Source: the human T2T-CHM13v2.0 reference genome, Homo sapiens. From it: a stretch of 64,000 nucleotides of DNA. Both the position numbers and the translations under genes were made by a program. Positions 37,301 through 50,689 of this stretch are shown here, piece by piece; position 1 is the stretch's first letter, and each line of letters opens with the position of its first letter. The notes under the pieces are model-generated. The model worked only from the letters and a program-made list of their open reading frames with translations. It did no database searches and was not told where the DNA came from. The stretch lies in the NCBI RefSeq assembly GCF_009914755.1, contig NC_060943.1; one strand, 5' to 3'.

Positions 37301-39803
37301 TCTGTTTGTAAAGTCTGCAAGTGGATATTCAGACCTCTTTGAGGCCTTCGTTGGAAACGAGATTTCTTCATATTATGCTAGACAGAAGAATTCTCAGTAA
37401 CTTCCTTGTGTTGTGTGTATTCAACTCACAGAGTTGAACGATCCTTTACACAGAGCAGACTTGAAACACTCTTTTTGTTGAATGTGCAAGTGGAGATTTC
37501 AGCCGCTTTGAGGTCAATGGTAGAATAGGAAATATCTTCCTATAGAAACTAGACAGAATGATTCTGAGAAACTCCTTTGTGATGTGTGCGTTCAACTCAC
37601 AGAGTTTAACCTTTCTTTTCATAGAGCAGTTAGGAAACACTCTGTTTGTAATGTGTGCAAGTGGATATTCAGACCTCCTTGAGGCCTTCGTTGGAAAGGG
37701 GATTTCTTCATATTATGCTAGACACAAGAATTCTCAGTAACTTCCTTGTGTTGTGTGTATTCAACTCACAGAGTTGAACGATCCTTTACACAGAGCAGAC
37801 TTGAAACACTCTTTTTGTGGAATTTGCAGGTGGAGATTTCAGCCGCTTTGTGTTCAATGGTAGAATAGGAAATATCTTCCTATAGAAACTAGACAGAATG
37901 ATTCTCAGAAACTCCTTTGTGATGTGTGCGTTCAACTCACAGAGTTCAACCTTTCTTTTCATAGAGCAGTTGGGAAACACTCTGTTTGTAAAGTCTGCAA
38001 GTGGATATTCAGACTTCTTTGAGGCCTTCGTTGGAAGCGGGATTTCTTCATATTCTGCTAGACAGAAGAATTCTCAGTAACTTCCTTGTGTTGTGTGTAT
38101 TCAACTCACAGAGTTGAACGATCCTTTACACAGAGCAGACATGAAACACTCTTTTTGTGGAATTTGCAGGTGGAGATTTCAGCCGCTTTGAGGTCAATGG
38201 TAGAATAGGAAATATCTTCCTATAGAAACTAGACAGAATGATTCTCAGAAACTCCTTTGTGATGTGTGCGTTCAACTCACAGAGTTCAACCTTTCTTTTC
38301 ATAGAGCAGTTAGGAAACACTCTGTTTGTAAAGTCTGCAAGTGGATATTCAGACATCCTTGAGGCTTTCGTTGGAAACGGGATTTCTTCATATTCTGCTA
38401 GAAAGAAGAATTCTCAGTAACTTCCTTGTGTTGTGTGTATTCAACTCACAGAGTTGAATGATCCTTTACACAAAACAGTCTTGAAACACTCTTTTTGTGG
38501 AATTTGCAAGTGGAGATTTCAGCCGCTTTGAGGTCAATGGTAGAATAGGAAATATCTTCCTATAGAAACTAGACAGAATGATTCTCAGAAACTCCTTTGT
38601 GATGTGTGCGTTCTACTCACAGAGTTTAACCTTTCTTTTCATAGAGCAGTTAGGAAACACTCTGTTTGTAAAGTCTGCAAGTGGATATTCAGACATCTTT
38701 GAGACTTTCGTTGGAAACGGGATTTCATCATATTCTGCTAGACAGAAGAATTCCCAGAAACTTCGTTGTGTTGTGTGTTTTCAACTCACAGAGTTCAACG
38801 ATCCTTTACACAGAGTAGACTTGAAACACTCTTTTTGTGGAATTGGCAGGGTGGAGATTTCAGCCGCTTTGAGGTCAATGGTAGAAAAGGAAATATCTTC
38901 GTATAAAAACTAGACAGAGTGATTCTCAGAAACTCCTTTGTGATGTCTGCGTTCAACTCACAGAGTTTAACCTTTCTTTTCATAGAGCAGTTAGGAAACA
39001 CTCTGTTTGTAAAGTCTGCAAGTGGATATTCAGACCTCCTTGAGGCCTTCGTTGGAAACGGGATTTCTTCATATTCTGCTATACAGAAGAATTCTCAGAA
39101 ACTTCCTTGTGTTGTGTGTATTCAACTCACAGAGTTGAACGATCGTTTACACAGAGCAGACTTGAGACACTCTTTTTGTGGAATTTGTAAGTGGAGATTT
39201 CAGCCGCTTTGAGGTCAATGGTAGAAAAGGAAATATCTTCATATAAAAACTAGACAGAATGATTCTCAGAAACTCCTTTGTGATGTGTGCGTTCAACTCA
39301 CAGAGTTTAACCTTTCTTTTCATAGAGCAGTTAGGAAACACTCTGTTTGTAAAGTCTGCAAGTGGATATTCAGACCTCTTTGAGGCCTTCGTTGGAAACG
39401 GGATTTCTTCATATTATGCTAGACAGAAGAATTCTCAGTAACTTCCTTGTGTTGTGTGTATTCAACTCACAGAGTTGAACGATCCTTTACACAGAGCAGA
39501 CTTGAAACACTCTTTTTGTGGAATTTGCAAGTGGAGATTTCAGCCGCTTTGAGGTCAATGGTAGAATAGGAAATATCTTCCTATAGAAACTAGACAGAAT
39601 GATTCTGAGAAACTCCTTTGTGATGTGTGCGTTCAACTCACAGAGTTTAACCTTTCTTTTCATAGATCAGTTAGGAAACACTCTGTTTGTAAAGTGTGCA
39701 AGTGGATATTCAGACCTCCTTGAGGCCTTCGTTGGAAAGGGGATTTCTTCATATTATGCTAGACAGAAGAATTCTCAGTAACTTCCTTGTGTTGTGTGAA
39801 TTC

Positions 39804-42800
39804 AACTCACAGAGTTGAACGATCCTTTACACAGAGCAGACTTGAAACACTCTTTTTGTGGAATTTGCAGGTGGAGATTTCAGCCGCTTTTTGTTCAATG
39901 GTAGAATAGGAAATATCTTCCTATAGAAACTAGACAGAATGATTCTCAGAAACTCCTTTGTGATGTGTGCGTTCAACTCACAGAGTTCAACCTTTCTTTT
40001 CATAGAGCAGTTGGGAAACACTCTGTTTGTAAAGTCTGCAAGTGGATATTCAGACTTCTTTGAGGCCTTCGTTGGAAGCGGGATTTCTTCATATTCTGCT
40101 AGACAGAAGAATTCTCAGTAACTTCCTTGTGTTGTGTGTATTCAACTCACAGAGTTGAACGATCCTTTACACAGAGCAGACTTGAAACACTCTTTTTGTG
40201 GAATTTGCAAGTGGAGATTTCAGCCGCTTTGAGGTCAATGGTAGAATAGGAAATACCTTCCTATAGAAACTAGACAGAATGATTCTCAGAAACTCCTTTG
40301 TGATGTGTGCGTTCAACTCACAGAGTTTAACCTTTCTTTTCATAGAGCAGTTAGGAAACACTCTGTTTGTAAAGTCTGCAAGTGGATATTCAGACATCTT
40401 TGAGGCTTTCGTTGGAAACGGGATTTCTTCATATTCTGCTAGACAGAAGAATTCTCAGAAACTTCGTTGTGTTGTGTGTTTTCAACTCACAGAGTTCAAC
40501 GATCCTTTACACAGAGTAGACTTGAAACACTCTTTTTGTGGAATTGGCAGGGTGGAGATTTCAGCCGCTTTGAGGTCAATGGTAGAAAAGGAAATATCTT
40601 CGTATAAAAACTAGACAGAATGATTCTCAGAAACTCCTTTGTGATGTGTGCGTTCAACTCACAGAGTTTAACCTTTCTTTTCATAGAGCAGTTAGGAAAC
40701 ACTCTGTTTGTAAAGTCTGCAAGTGGATATTCAGACCTCCTTGAGGCCTTCGTTGGAAACGGGATTTCTTCATATTATGCTAGACACAAGAATTCTCAGT
40801 AACTTCCTTGTGTTGTGTGTATTCAACTCACAGAGTTGAACGATCCTTTACACAGAGCAGACTTGAAACACTCTTTTTGTGGAATTTGCAAGTGGAGATT
40901 TCAGCCGCTTTGAGGTCAATGGTAGAATAGGAAATATCTTCCTATAGAAACTAGACAGAATGATTCTGAGAAACTCCTTTGTGATGTGTGCGTTCAACTC
41001 ACAGAGTTTAACCTTTCTTTTCATAGATCAGTTAGGAAACACTCTGTTTGTAAAGTGTGCAAGTGGATATTCAGACCTCCTTGAGGCCTTCGTTGGAAAG
41101 GGGATTTCTTCATATTATGCTAGACAGAAGAATTCTCAGTAACTTCCTTGTGTTGTGTGAATTCAACTCACAGAGTTGAACGATCCTTTACACAGAGCAG
41201 ACTTGAAACACTCTTTTTGTGGAATTTGCAGGTGGAGATTTCAGCCGCTTTTTGTTCAATGGTAGAATAGGAAATATCTTCCTATAGAAACTAGACAGAA
41301 TGATTCTCAGAAACTCCTTTGTGATGTGTGCGTTCAACTCACAGAGTTCAACCTTTCTTTTCATAGAGCAGTTGGGAAACACTCTGTTTGTAAAGTCTGC
41401 AAGTGGATATTCAGACTTCTTTGAGGCCTTCGTTGGAAGCGGGATTGCTTCATATTCTGCTAGACAGAAGAATTCTCAGTAACTTCCTTGTGTTGTGTGT
41501 ATTCAACTCACAGAGTTGAACGATCCTTTACACAGAGCAGACTTGAAACACTCTTTTTGTGGAATTTGCAAGTGGAGATTTCAGCCGCTTTGAGGTCAAT
41601 GGTAGAATAGGAAATACCTTCCTATAGAAACTAGACAGAATGATTCTCAGAAACTCCTTTGTGATGTGTGCGTTCAACTCACAGAGTTTAACCTTTCTTT
41701 TCATAGAGCAGTTAGGAAACACTCTGTTTGTAAAGTCTGCAAGTGGATATTCAGACATCTTTGAGGCTTTCGTTGGAAACGGGATTTCTTCATATTCTGC
41801 TAGACAGAAGAATTCTCAGAAACTTCGTTGTGTTGTGTGTTTTCAACTCACAGAGTTCAACGATCCTTTACACAGAGTAGACTTGAAACACTCTTTTTGT
41901 GGAATTGGCAGGGTGGAGATTTCAGCCGCTTTGAGGTCAATGGTAGAAAAGGAAATATCTTCGTATGAAAACTAGACAGAGTGATTCTCAGAAACTCCTT
42001 TGGGATGTCTGCGTTCAACTCACAGAGTTTAACCTTTCTTTTCATAGAGCAGTTAGGAAACACTCTGTTTGTAAAGTCTGCAAGTGGATATTCAGACCTC
42101 CTTGAGGCCTTCGTTGGAAACGGGATTTCTTCATATTCTGCTATACAGAAGAATTCTCAGAAACTTCCTTGTGTTGTGTGTATTCAACTCACAGAGTTGA
42201 ACGATCGTTTACACAGAGCAGACTTGAGACACTCTTTTTGTGGAATTTGTAAGTGGAGATTTCAGCCGCTTTGAGGTCAATGGTAGAAAAGGAAATATCT
42301 TCATATAAAAACTAGACAGAATGATTCTCAGAAACTCCTTTGTGATGTGTGCGTTCAACTCACAGACTTAAACCTTTCTTTTCATAGAGCAGTTAGGAAA
42401 CACTCTGTTTGTAAAGTCTGCAAGTGGATATTCAGACCTCTTTGAGGCCTTCGTTGGAAACGGGATTTCTTCATATTATGCTAGACAGAAGAATTCTCAG
42501 AAACTTCCTTGTGTTGTGTGTATTCAACTCACAGAGTTGAACGATCCTTTACACAGAGCAGACTTGAAACACTCTTTTTGTGGAATTTGCAAGTGGAGAT
42601 TTCAGCCGCTTTGAGTTCAATGGTAGAATAGGAAATATCTTCCTATAGAAGCTAGACAGAATGATTCTCAGAAACTCCTTTGTGATGTGTGCGTTCAACT
42701 CACAGAGTTCAACCTTTCTTTTCATAGAGCAGTTGGGAAAAACTCTGTTTGTAAAGTCTGCAAGTGGATATTCAGACTTCTTTGAGGCCTTCGTTGGAAG

Positions 42801-45800
42801 CGGGGTTTCTTCATATTCTGCTAGACAGAAGAATTCTCAGTAACTTCCTTGTGTTGTGTGTATTCAACTCACAGAGTTGAACGATCCTTTACACAGAGCA
42901 GACTTGAAACACTCTTTTTGTGGAATTTGCAAGTGGAGATTTCAGCCGCTTTGAGGTCAATGGTAGAATAGGAAATATCTTCCTATAGAAACTAGACAGA
43001 ATGATTCTCAGAAACTCCTTTGTGATGTGTGCGTTCAACTCACAGAGTTTAACCTTTCTTTTCATAGAGCAGTTAGGAAACACTCTGTTTGTAAAGTCTG
43101 CAAGTGGATATTCAGACATCCTTGAGGCTTTCGTTGGAAACGGGATTTCTTCATATTCTGCTAGAAAGAAGAATTCTCAGTAACTTCCTTGTGTTGTGTG
43201 TATTCAACTCACAGAGTTGAATGATCCTTTACACAGAACAGTCTTGAAACACTCTTTTTGTGGAATTTGCAAGTGGAGATTTCAGCCGCTTTGAGGTCAA
43301 TGGTAGAATAGGAAATACCTTCCTATAGAAACTAGACAGAATGATTCTCAGAAACTCCTTTGTGATGTGTGCGTTCAACTCACAGAGTTTAACCTTTCTT
43401 TTCATAGAGCAGTTAGGAAACACTCTGTTTGTAAAGTCTGCAAGTGGATATTCAGACATCTTTGAGGCTTTCGTTGGAAACGGGATTTCTTCATATTCTG
43501 CTAGACAGAAGAATTCGCAGAAACTTCGTTGTGTTGTGTGTTTTCAACTCACAGAGTTCAACGATCCTTTACACAGAGTAGATTTGAAACACTCTTTTTG
43601 TGGAATTGGCATGGTGGAGATTTCAGCCGCTTTGAGGTCAATGGTAGAAAAGGAAATATCTTCGTATAAAAACTAGACAGAGTGATTCTCAGAAACTCCT
43701 TTGGGATGTCTGCGTTCAACTCACAGAGTTTAACCTTTCTTTTCATAGAGCAGTTAGGAAACACTCTGTTTGTAAAGTCTGCAAGTGGATATTCAGACCT
43801 CCTTGAGGCCTTCGTTGGAAACGGGATTTCTTCATATTCTGCTATACAGAAGAATTCTCAGAAACTTCCTTGTGTTGTGTGTATTCAACTCACAGAGTTG
43901 AACGATCGTTTACACAGAGCAGACTTGAGACACTCTTTTTGTGGAATTTGTAAGTGGAGATTTCAGCCGCTTTGAGGTCAATGGTAGAAAGGGAAATATC
44001 TTCATATAAAAACTAGACAGAATGATTCTCAGAAACTCCTTTGTGATGTGTGCGTTCAACTCACAGAGTTTAACCTTTCTTTTCATAGAGCAGTTAGGAA
44101 ACACTCTGTTTGTAAAGTCTGCAAGTGGATATTCAGACCTCTTTGAGGCCTTCGTTGGAAACGGGATTTCTTCATATTATGCTAGACAGAAGAATTCTCA
44201 GTAACTTCCTTGTGTTGTGTGTATTCAACTCACAGAGTTGAACGATCCTTTACACAGAGCAGACTTGAAACACTCTTTTTGTGGAATTTGCAAGTGGAGA
44301 TTTCAGCCGCTTTGAGGTCAATGGTAGAAAAGGAAATATCTTCGTATAAAAACTAGACAGAATGATTCTCAGAAACTCCTTTGTGATGTGTGCGTTCAAC
44401 TCACAGAGTTTAACCTTTCTTTTCATAGAGCAGTTAGGAAACACTCTGTTTGTAAAGTCTGCAAGTGGATATTCAGACCTCCTTGAGGCCTTCGTTGGAA
44501 ACGGGATTTCTTCATATTATGCTAGACACAAGAATTCTCAGTAACTTCCTTGTGTTGTGTGTATTCAACTCACAGAGTTGAACGATCCTTTACACAGAGC
44601 AGACTTGAAACACTCTTTTTGTGGAATTTGCAGGTGGAGATTTCAGCCGCTTTGTGTTCAATGGTAGAATAGGAAATATCTTCCTATAGAAACTAGACAG
44701 AATGATTCTCAGAAACTCCTTTGTGATGTGTGCGTTCAACTCACAGAGTTCAAACTTTCTTTTCATAGAGCAGTTGGGAAACACTCTGTTTGTAAAGTCT
44801 GCAAGTGGATATTCAGACTTCTTTGAGGCCTTCGTTGGAAGCGGGATTTCTTCATATTCTGCTAGACAGAAGAATTCTCAGTAACTTCCTTGTGTTGTGT
44901 GTATTCAACTCACAGAGTTGAACGATCCTTTACACAGAGCAGACTTGAAACACTCTTTTTGTGGAATTTGCAAGTGGAGATTTCAGCCGCTTTGAGGTCA
45001 ATGTTAGAATAGGAAATATCTTCCTATAAAAACTAGACAGAATGATTCTCAGAAACTCCTTTGTGATGTGTGCGTTCAACTCACAGAGTTCAACCTTTCT
45101 TTTCATAGAGCAGTTAGGAAACACTCTGTTTGTAAAGTCTGCAAGTGGATATTCAGACATCCTTGAGGCTTTCGTTGGAAACGGGATTTCTTCATATTCT
45201 GCTAGAAAGAAGAATTCTCAGTAACTTCCTTGTGTTGTGTGTATTTAACTCACAGAGTTGAACGATCCTTTACACAGAGCAGACTTGAAACACTCTTTTT
45301 GTGGAATTTGCAGGTGGAGATTTCAGCCGCTTTTTGTTCAATGGTAGAATAGGAAATATCTTCCTATAGAAACTAGACAGAATGATTCTCAGAAACTCCT
45401 TTGTGATGTGTGCGTTCAACTCACAGAGTTCAACCTTTCTTTTCATAGAGCAGTTGGGAAACACTCTGTTTGTAAAGTCTGCAAGTGGATATTCAGACTT
45501 CTTTGAGGCCTTCGTTGGAAGCGGGATTTCTTCATATTCTGCTAGACAGAAGAATTCTCAGTAACTTCCTTGTGTTGTGTGTATTCAACTCACAGAGTTG
45601 AACGATCCTTTACACAGAGCAGACTTGAAACACTCTTTTTGTGGAATTTGCAAGTGGAGATTTCAGCCGCTTTGAGGTCAATGGTAGAATAGGAAATACC
45701 TTCCTATAGAAACTAGACAGAATGATTCTCAGAAACTCCTTTGTGATGTGTGCGTTCAACTCACAGAGTTTAACCTTTCTTTTCATAGAGCAGTTAGGAA

Positions 45801-48800
45801 ACACTCTGTTTGTAAAGTCTGCAAGTGGATATTCAGACATCTTTGAGGCTTTCGTTGGAAACGGGATTTCTTCATATTCTGCTAGACAGAAGAATTCTCA
45901 GAAACTTCGTTGTGTTGTGTGTTTTCAACTCACAGAGTTCAACGATCCTTTACACAGAGTAGACTTGAAACACTCTTTTTGTGGAATTGGCAGGGTGGAG
46001 ATTTCAGCCGCTTTGAGGTCAATGGTAGAAAAGGAAATATCTTCGTATAAAAACTAGACAGAATGATTCTCAGAAACTCCTTTGTGATGTGTGCGTTCAA
46101 CTCACAGAGTTTAACCTTTCTTTTCATAGAGCAGTTAGGAAACACTCTGTTTGTAAAGTCTGCAAGTGGATATTCAGACCTCCTTGAGGCCTTCGTTGGA
46201 AACGGGATTTCTTCATATTATGCTAGACACAAGAATTCTCAGTAACTTCCTTGTGTTGTGTGTATTCAACTCACAGAGTTGAACGATCCTTTACACAGAG
46301 CAGACTTGAAACACTCTTTTTGTGGAATTTGCAAGTGGAGATTTCAGCCGCTTTGAGGTCAATGGTAGAATAGGAAATATCTTCCTATAGAAACTAGACA
46401 GAATGATTCTGAGAAACTCCTTTGTGATGTGTGCGTTCAACTCACAGAGTTTAACCTTTCTTTTCATAGATCAGTTAGGAAACACTCTGTTTGTAAAGTG
46501 TGCAAGTGGATATTCAGACCTCCTTGAGGCCTTCGTTGGAAAGGGGATTTCTTCATATTATGCTAGACAGAAGAATTCTCAGTAACTTCCTTGTGTTGTG
46601 TGAATTCAACTCACAGAGTTGAACGATCCTTTACACAGAGCAGACTTGAAACACTCTTTTTGTGGAATTTGCAGGTGGAGATTTCAGCCGCTTTTTGTTC
46701 AATGGTAGAATAGGAAATATCTTCCTATAGAAACTAGACAGAATGATTCTCAGAAACTCCTTTGTGATGTGTGCGTTCAACTCACAGAGTTCAACCTTTC
46801 TTTTCATAGAGCAGTTGGGAAACACTCTGTTTGTAAAGTCTGCAAGTGGATATTCAGACTTCTTTGAGGCCTTCGTTGGAAGCGGGATTTCTTCATATTC
46901 TGCTAGACAGAAGAATTCTCAGTAACTTCCTTGTGTTGTGTGTATTCAACTCACAGAGTTGAACGATCCTTTACACAGAGCAGACTTGAAACACTCTTTT
47001 TGTGGAATTTGCAAGTGGAGATTTCAGCCGCTTTGAGGTCAATGGTAGAATAGGAAATACCTTCCTATAGAAACTAGACAGAATGATTCTCAGAAACTCC
47101 TTTGTGATGTGTGCGTTCAACTCACAGAGTTTAACCTTTCTTTTCATAGAGCAGTTAGGAAACACTCTGTTTGTAAAGTCTGCAAGTGGATATTCAGACA
47201 TCTTTGAGGCTTTCGTTGGAAACGGGATTTCTTCATATTCTGCTAGACAGAAGAATTCTCAGAAACTTCGTTGTGTTGTGTGTTTTCAACTCACAGAGTT
47301 CAGCGATCCTTTACACAGAGTAGACTTGAAACACTCTTTTTGTGGAATTGGCAGGGTGGAGATTTCAGCCGCTTTGAGGTCAATGGTAGAAAAGGAAATA
47401 TCTTCGTATGAAAACTAGACAGAGTGATTCTCAGAAACTCCTTTGGGATGTCTGCGTTCAACTCACAGAGTTTAACCTTTCTTTTCATAGAGCAGTTAGG
47501 AAACACTCTGTTTGTAAAGTCTGCAAGTGGATATTCAGACCCCCTTGAGGCCTTCGTTGGAAACGGGATTTCTTCATATTCTGCTATACAGAAGAATTCT
47601 CAGAAACTTCCTTGTGTTGTGTGTATTCAACTCACAGAGTTGAACGATCGTTTACACAGAGCAGACTTGAGACACTCTTTTTGTGGAATTTGTAAGTGGA
47701 GATTTCAGCCGCTTTGAGGTCAATGGTAGAAAAGGAAATATCTTCATATAAAAACTAGACAGAATGATTCTCAGAAACTCCTTTGTGATGTGTGCGTTCA
47801 ACTCACAGACTTAAACCTTTCTTTTCATAGAGCAGTTAGGAAACACTCTGTTTGTAAAGTCTGCAAGTGGATATTCAGACCTCTTTGAGGCCTTCGTTGG
47901 AAACGGGATTTCTTCATATTATGCTAGACAGAAGAATTCTCAGAAACTTCCTTGTGTTGTGTGTATTCAACTCACAGAGTTGAACGATCCTTTACACAGA
48001 GCAGACTTGAAACACTCTTTTTGTGGAATTTGCAAGTGGAGATTTCAGCCGCTTTGAGTTCAATGGTAGAATAGGAAATATCTTCCTATAGAAGCTAGAC
48101 AGAATGATTCTCAGAAACTCCTTTGTGATGTGTGCGTTCAACTCACAGAGTTCAACCTTTCTTTTCATAGAGCAGTTGGGAAAAACTCTGTTTGTAAAGT
48201 CTGCAAGTGGATATTCAGACTTCTTTGAGGCCTTCGTTGGAAGCGGGGTTTCTTCATATTCTGCTAGACAGAAGAATTCTCAGTAACTTCCTTGTGTTGT
48301 GTGTATTCAACTCACAGAGTTGAACGATCCTTTACACAGAGCAGACTTGAAACACTCTTTTTGTGGAATTTGCAAGTGGAGATTTCAGCCGCTTTGAGGT
48401 CAATGGTAGAATAGGAAATATCTTCCTATAGAAACTAGACAGAATGATTCTCAGAAACTCCTTTGTGATGTGTGCGTTCAACTCACAGAGTTTAACCTTT
48501 CTTTTCATAGAGCAGTTAGGAAACACTCTGTTTGTAAAGTCTGCAAGTGGATATTCAGACATCCTTGAGGCTTTCGTTGGAAACGGGATTTCTTCATATT
48601 CTGCTAGAAAGAAGAATTCTCAGTAACTTCCTTGTGTTGTGTGTATTCAACTCACAGAGTTGAATGATCCTTTACACAGAACAGTCTTGAAACACTCTTT
48701 TTGTGGAATTTGCAAGTGGAGATTTCAGCCGCTTTGAGGTCAATGGTAGAATAGGAAATACCTTCCTATAGAAACTAGACAGAATGATTCTCAGAAACTC

Positions 48801-50689
48801 CTTTGTGATGTGTGCGTTCAACTCACAGAGTTTAACCTTTCTTTTCATAGAGCAGTTAGGAAACACTCTGTTTGTAAAGTCTGCAAGTGGATATTCAGAC
48901 ATCTTTGAGGCTTTCGTTGGAAACGGGATTTCTTCATATTCTGCTAGACAGAAGAATTCGCAGAAACTTCGTTGTGTTGTGTGTTTTCAACTCACAGAGT
49001 TCAACGATCCTTTACACAGAGTAGATTTGAAACACTCTTTTTGTGGAATTGGCATGGTGGAGATTTCAGCCGCTTTGAGGTCAATGGTAGAAAAGGAAAT
49101 ATCTTCGTATAAAAACTAGACAGAGTGATTCTCAGAAACTCCTTTGGGATGTCTGCGTTCAACTCACAGAGTTTAACCTTTCTTTTCATAGAGCAGTTAG
49201 GAAACACTCTGTTTGTAAAGTCTGCAAGTGGATATTCAGACCTCCTTGAGGCCTTCGTTGGAAACGGGATTTCTTCATATTCTGCTATACAGAAGAATTC
49301 TCAGAAACTTCCTTGTGTTGTGTGTATTCAACTCACAGAGTTGAACGATCGTTTACACAGAGCAGACTTGAGACACTCTTTTTGTGGAATTTGTAAGTGG
49401 AGATTTCAGCCGCTTTGAGGTCAATGGTAGAAAGGGAAATATCTTCATATAAAAACTAGACAGAATGATTCTCAGAAACTCCTTTGTGATGTGTGCGTTC
49501 AACTCACAGAGTTTAACCTTTCTTTTCATAGAGCAGTTAGGAAACACTCTGTTTGTAAAGTCTGCAAGTGGATATTCAGACCTCTTTGAGGCCTTCGTTG
49601 GAAACGGGATTTCTTCATATTATGCTAGACAGAAGAATTCTCAGTAACTTCCTTGTGTTGTGTGTATTCAACTCACAGAGTTGAACGATCCTTTACACAG
49701 AGCAGACTTGAAACACTCTTTTTGTGGAATTTGCAAGTGGAGATTTCAGCCGCTTTGAGGTCAATGGTAGAAAAGGAAATATCTTCGTATAAAAACTAGA
49801 CAGAATGATTCTCAGAAACTCCTTTGTGATGTGTGCGTTCAACTCACAGAGTTTAACCTTTCTTTTCATAGAGCAGTTAGGAAACACTCTGTTTGTAAAG
49901 TCTGCAAGTGGATATTCAGACCTCCTTGAGGCCTTCGTTGGAAACGGGATTTCTTCATATTATGCTAGACACAAGAATTCTCAGTAACTTCCTTGTGTTG
50001 TGTGTATTCAACTCACAGAGTTGAACGATCCTTTACACAGAGCAGACTTGAAACACTCTTTTTGTGGAATTTGCAGGTGGAGATTTCAGCCGCTTTGTGT
50101 TCAATGGTAGAATAGGAAATATCTTCCTATAGAAACTAGACAGAATGATTCTCAGAAACTCCTTTGTGATGTGTGCGTTCAACTCACAGAGTTCAACCTT
50201 TCTTTTCATAGAGCAGTTGGGAAACACTCTGTTTGTAAAGTCTGCAAGTGGATATTCAGACTTCTTTGAGGCCTTCGTTGGAAGCGGGATTTCTTCATAT
50301 TCTGCTAGACAGAAGAATTCTCAGTAACTTCCTTGTGTTGTGTGTATTCAACTCACAGAGTTGAACGATCCTTTACACAGAGCAGACTTGAAACACTCTT
50401 TTTGTGGAATTTGCAAGTGGAGATTTCAGCCGCTTTGAGGTCAATGTTAGAATAGGAAATATCTTCCTATAAAAACTAGACAGAATGATTCTCAGAAACT
50501 CCTTTGTGATGTGTGCGTTCAACTCACAGAGTTCAACCTTTCTTTTCATAGAGCAGTTAGGAAACACTCTGTTTGTAAAGTCTGCAAGTGGATATTCAGA
50601 CATCCTTGAGGCTTTCGTTGGAAACGGGATTTCTTCATATTCTGCTAGAAAGAAGAATTCTCAGTAACTTCCTTGTGTTGTGTGTATTT
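39804..50689 (+). repeat. Tandem repeat, 5443-bp unit (16 dimers)
   Basis: Matching dimers at offset 5443: 39939/45382, 42321/47764 (GACTTAA), 43341/48784 (followed by GGCATGG) and 45042/50485. Confidence 0.88.
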
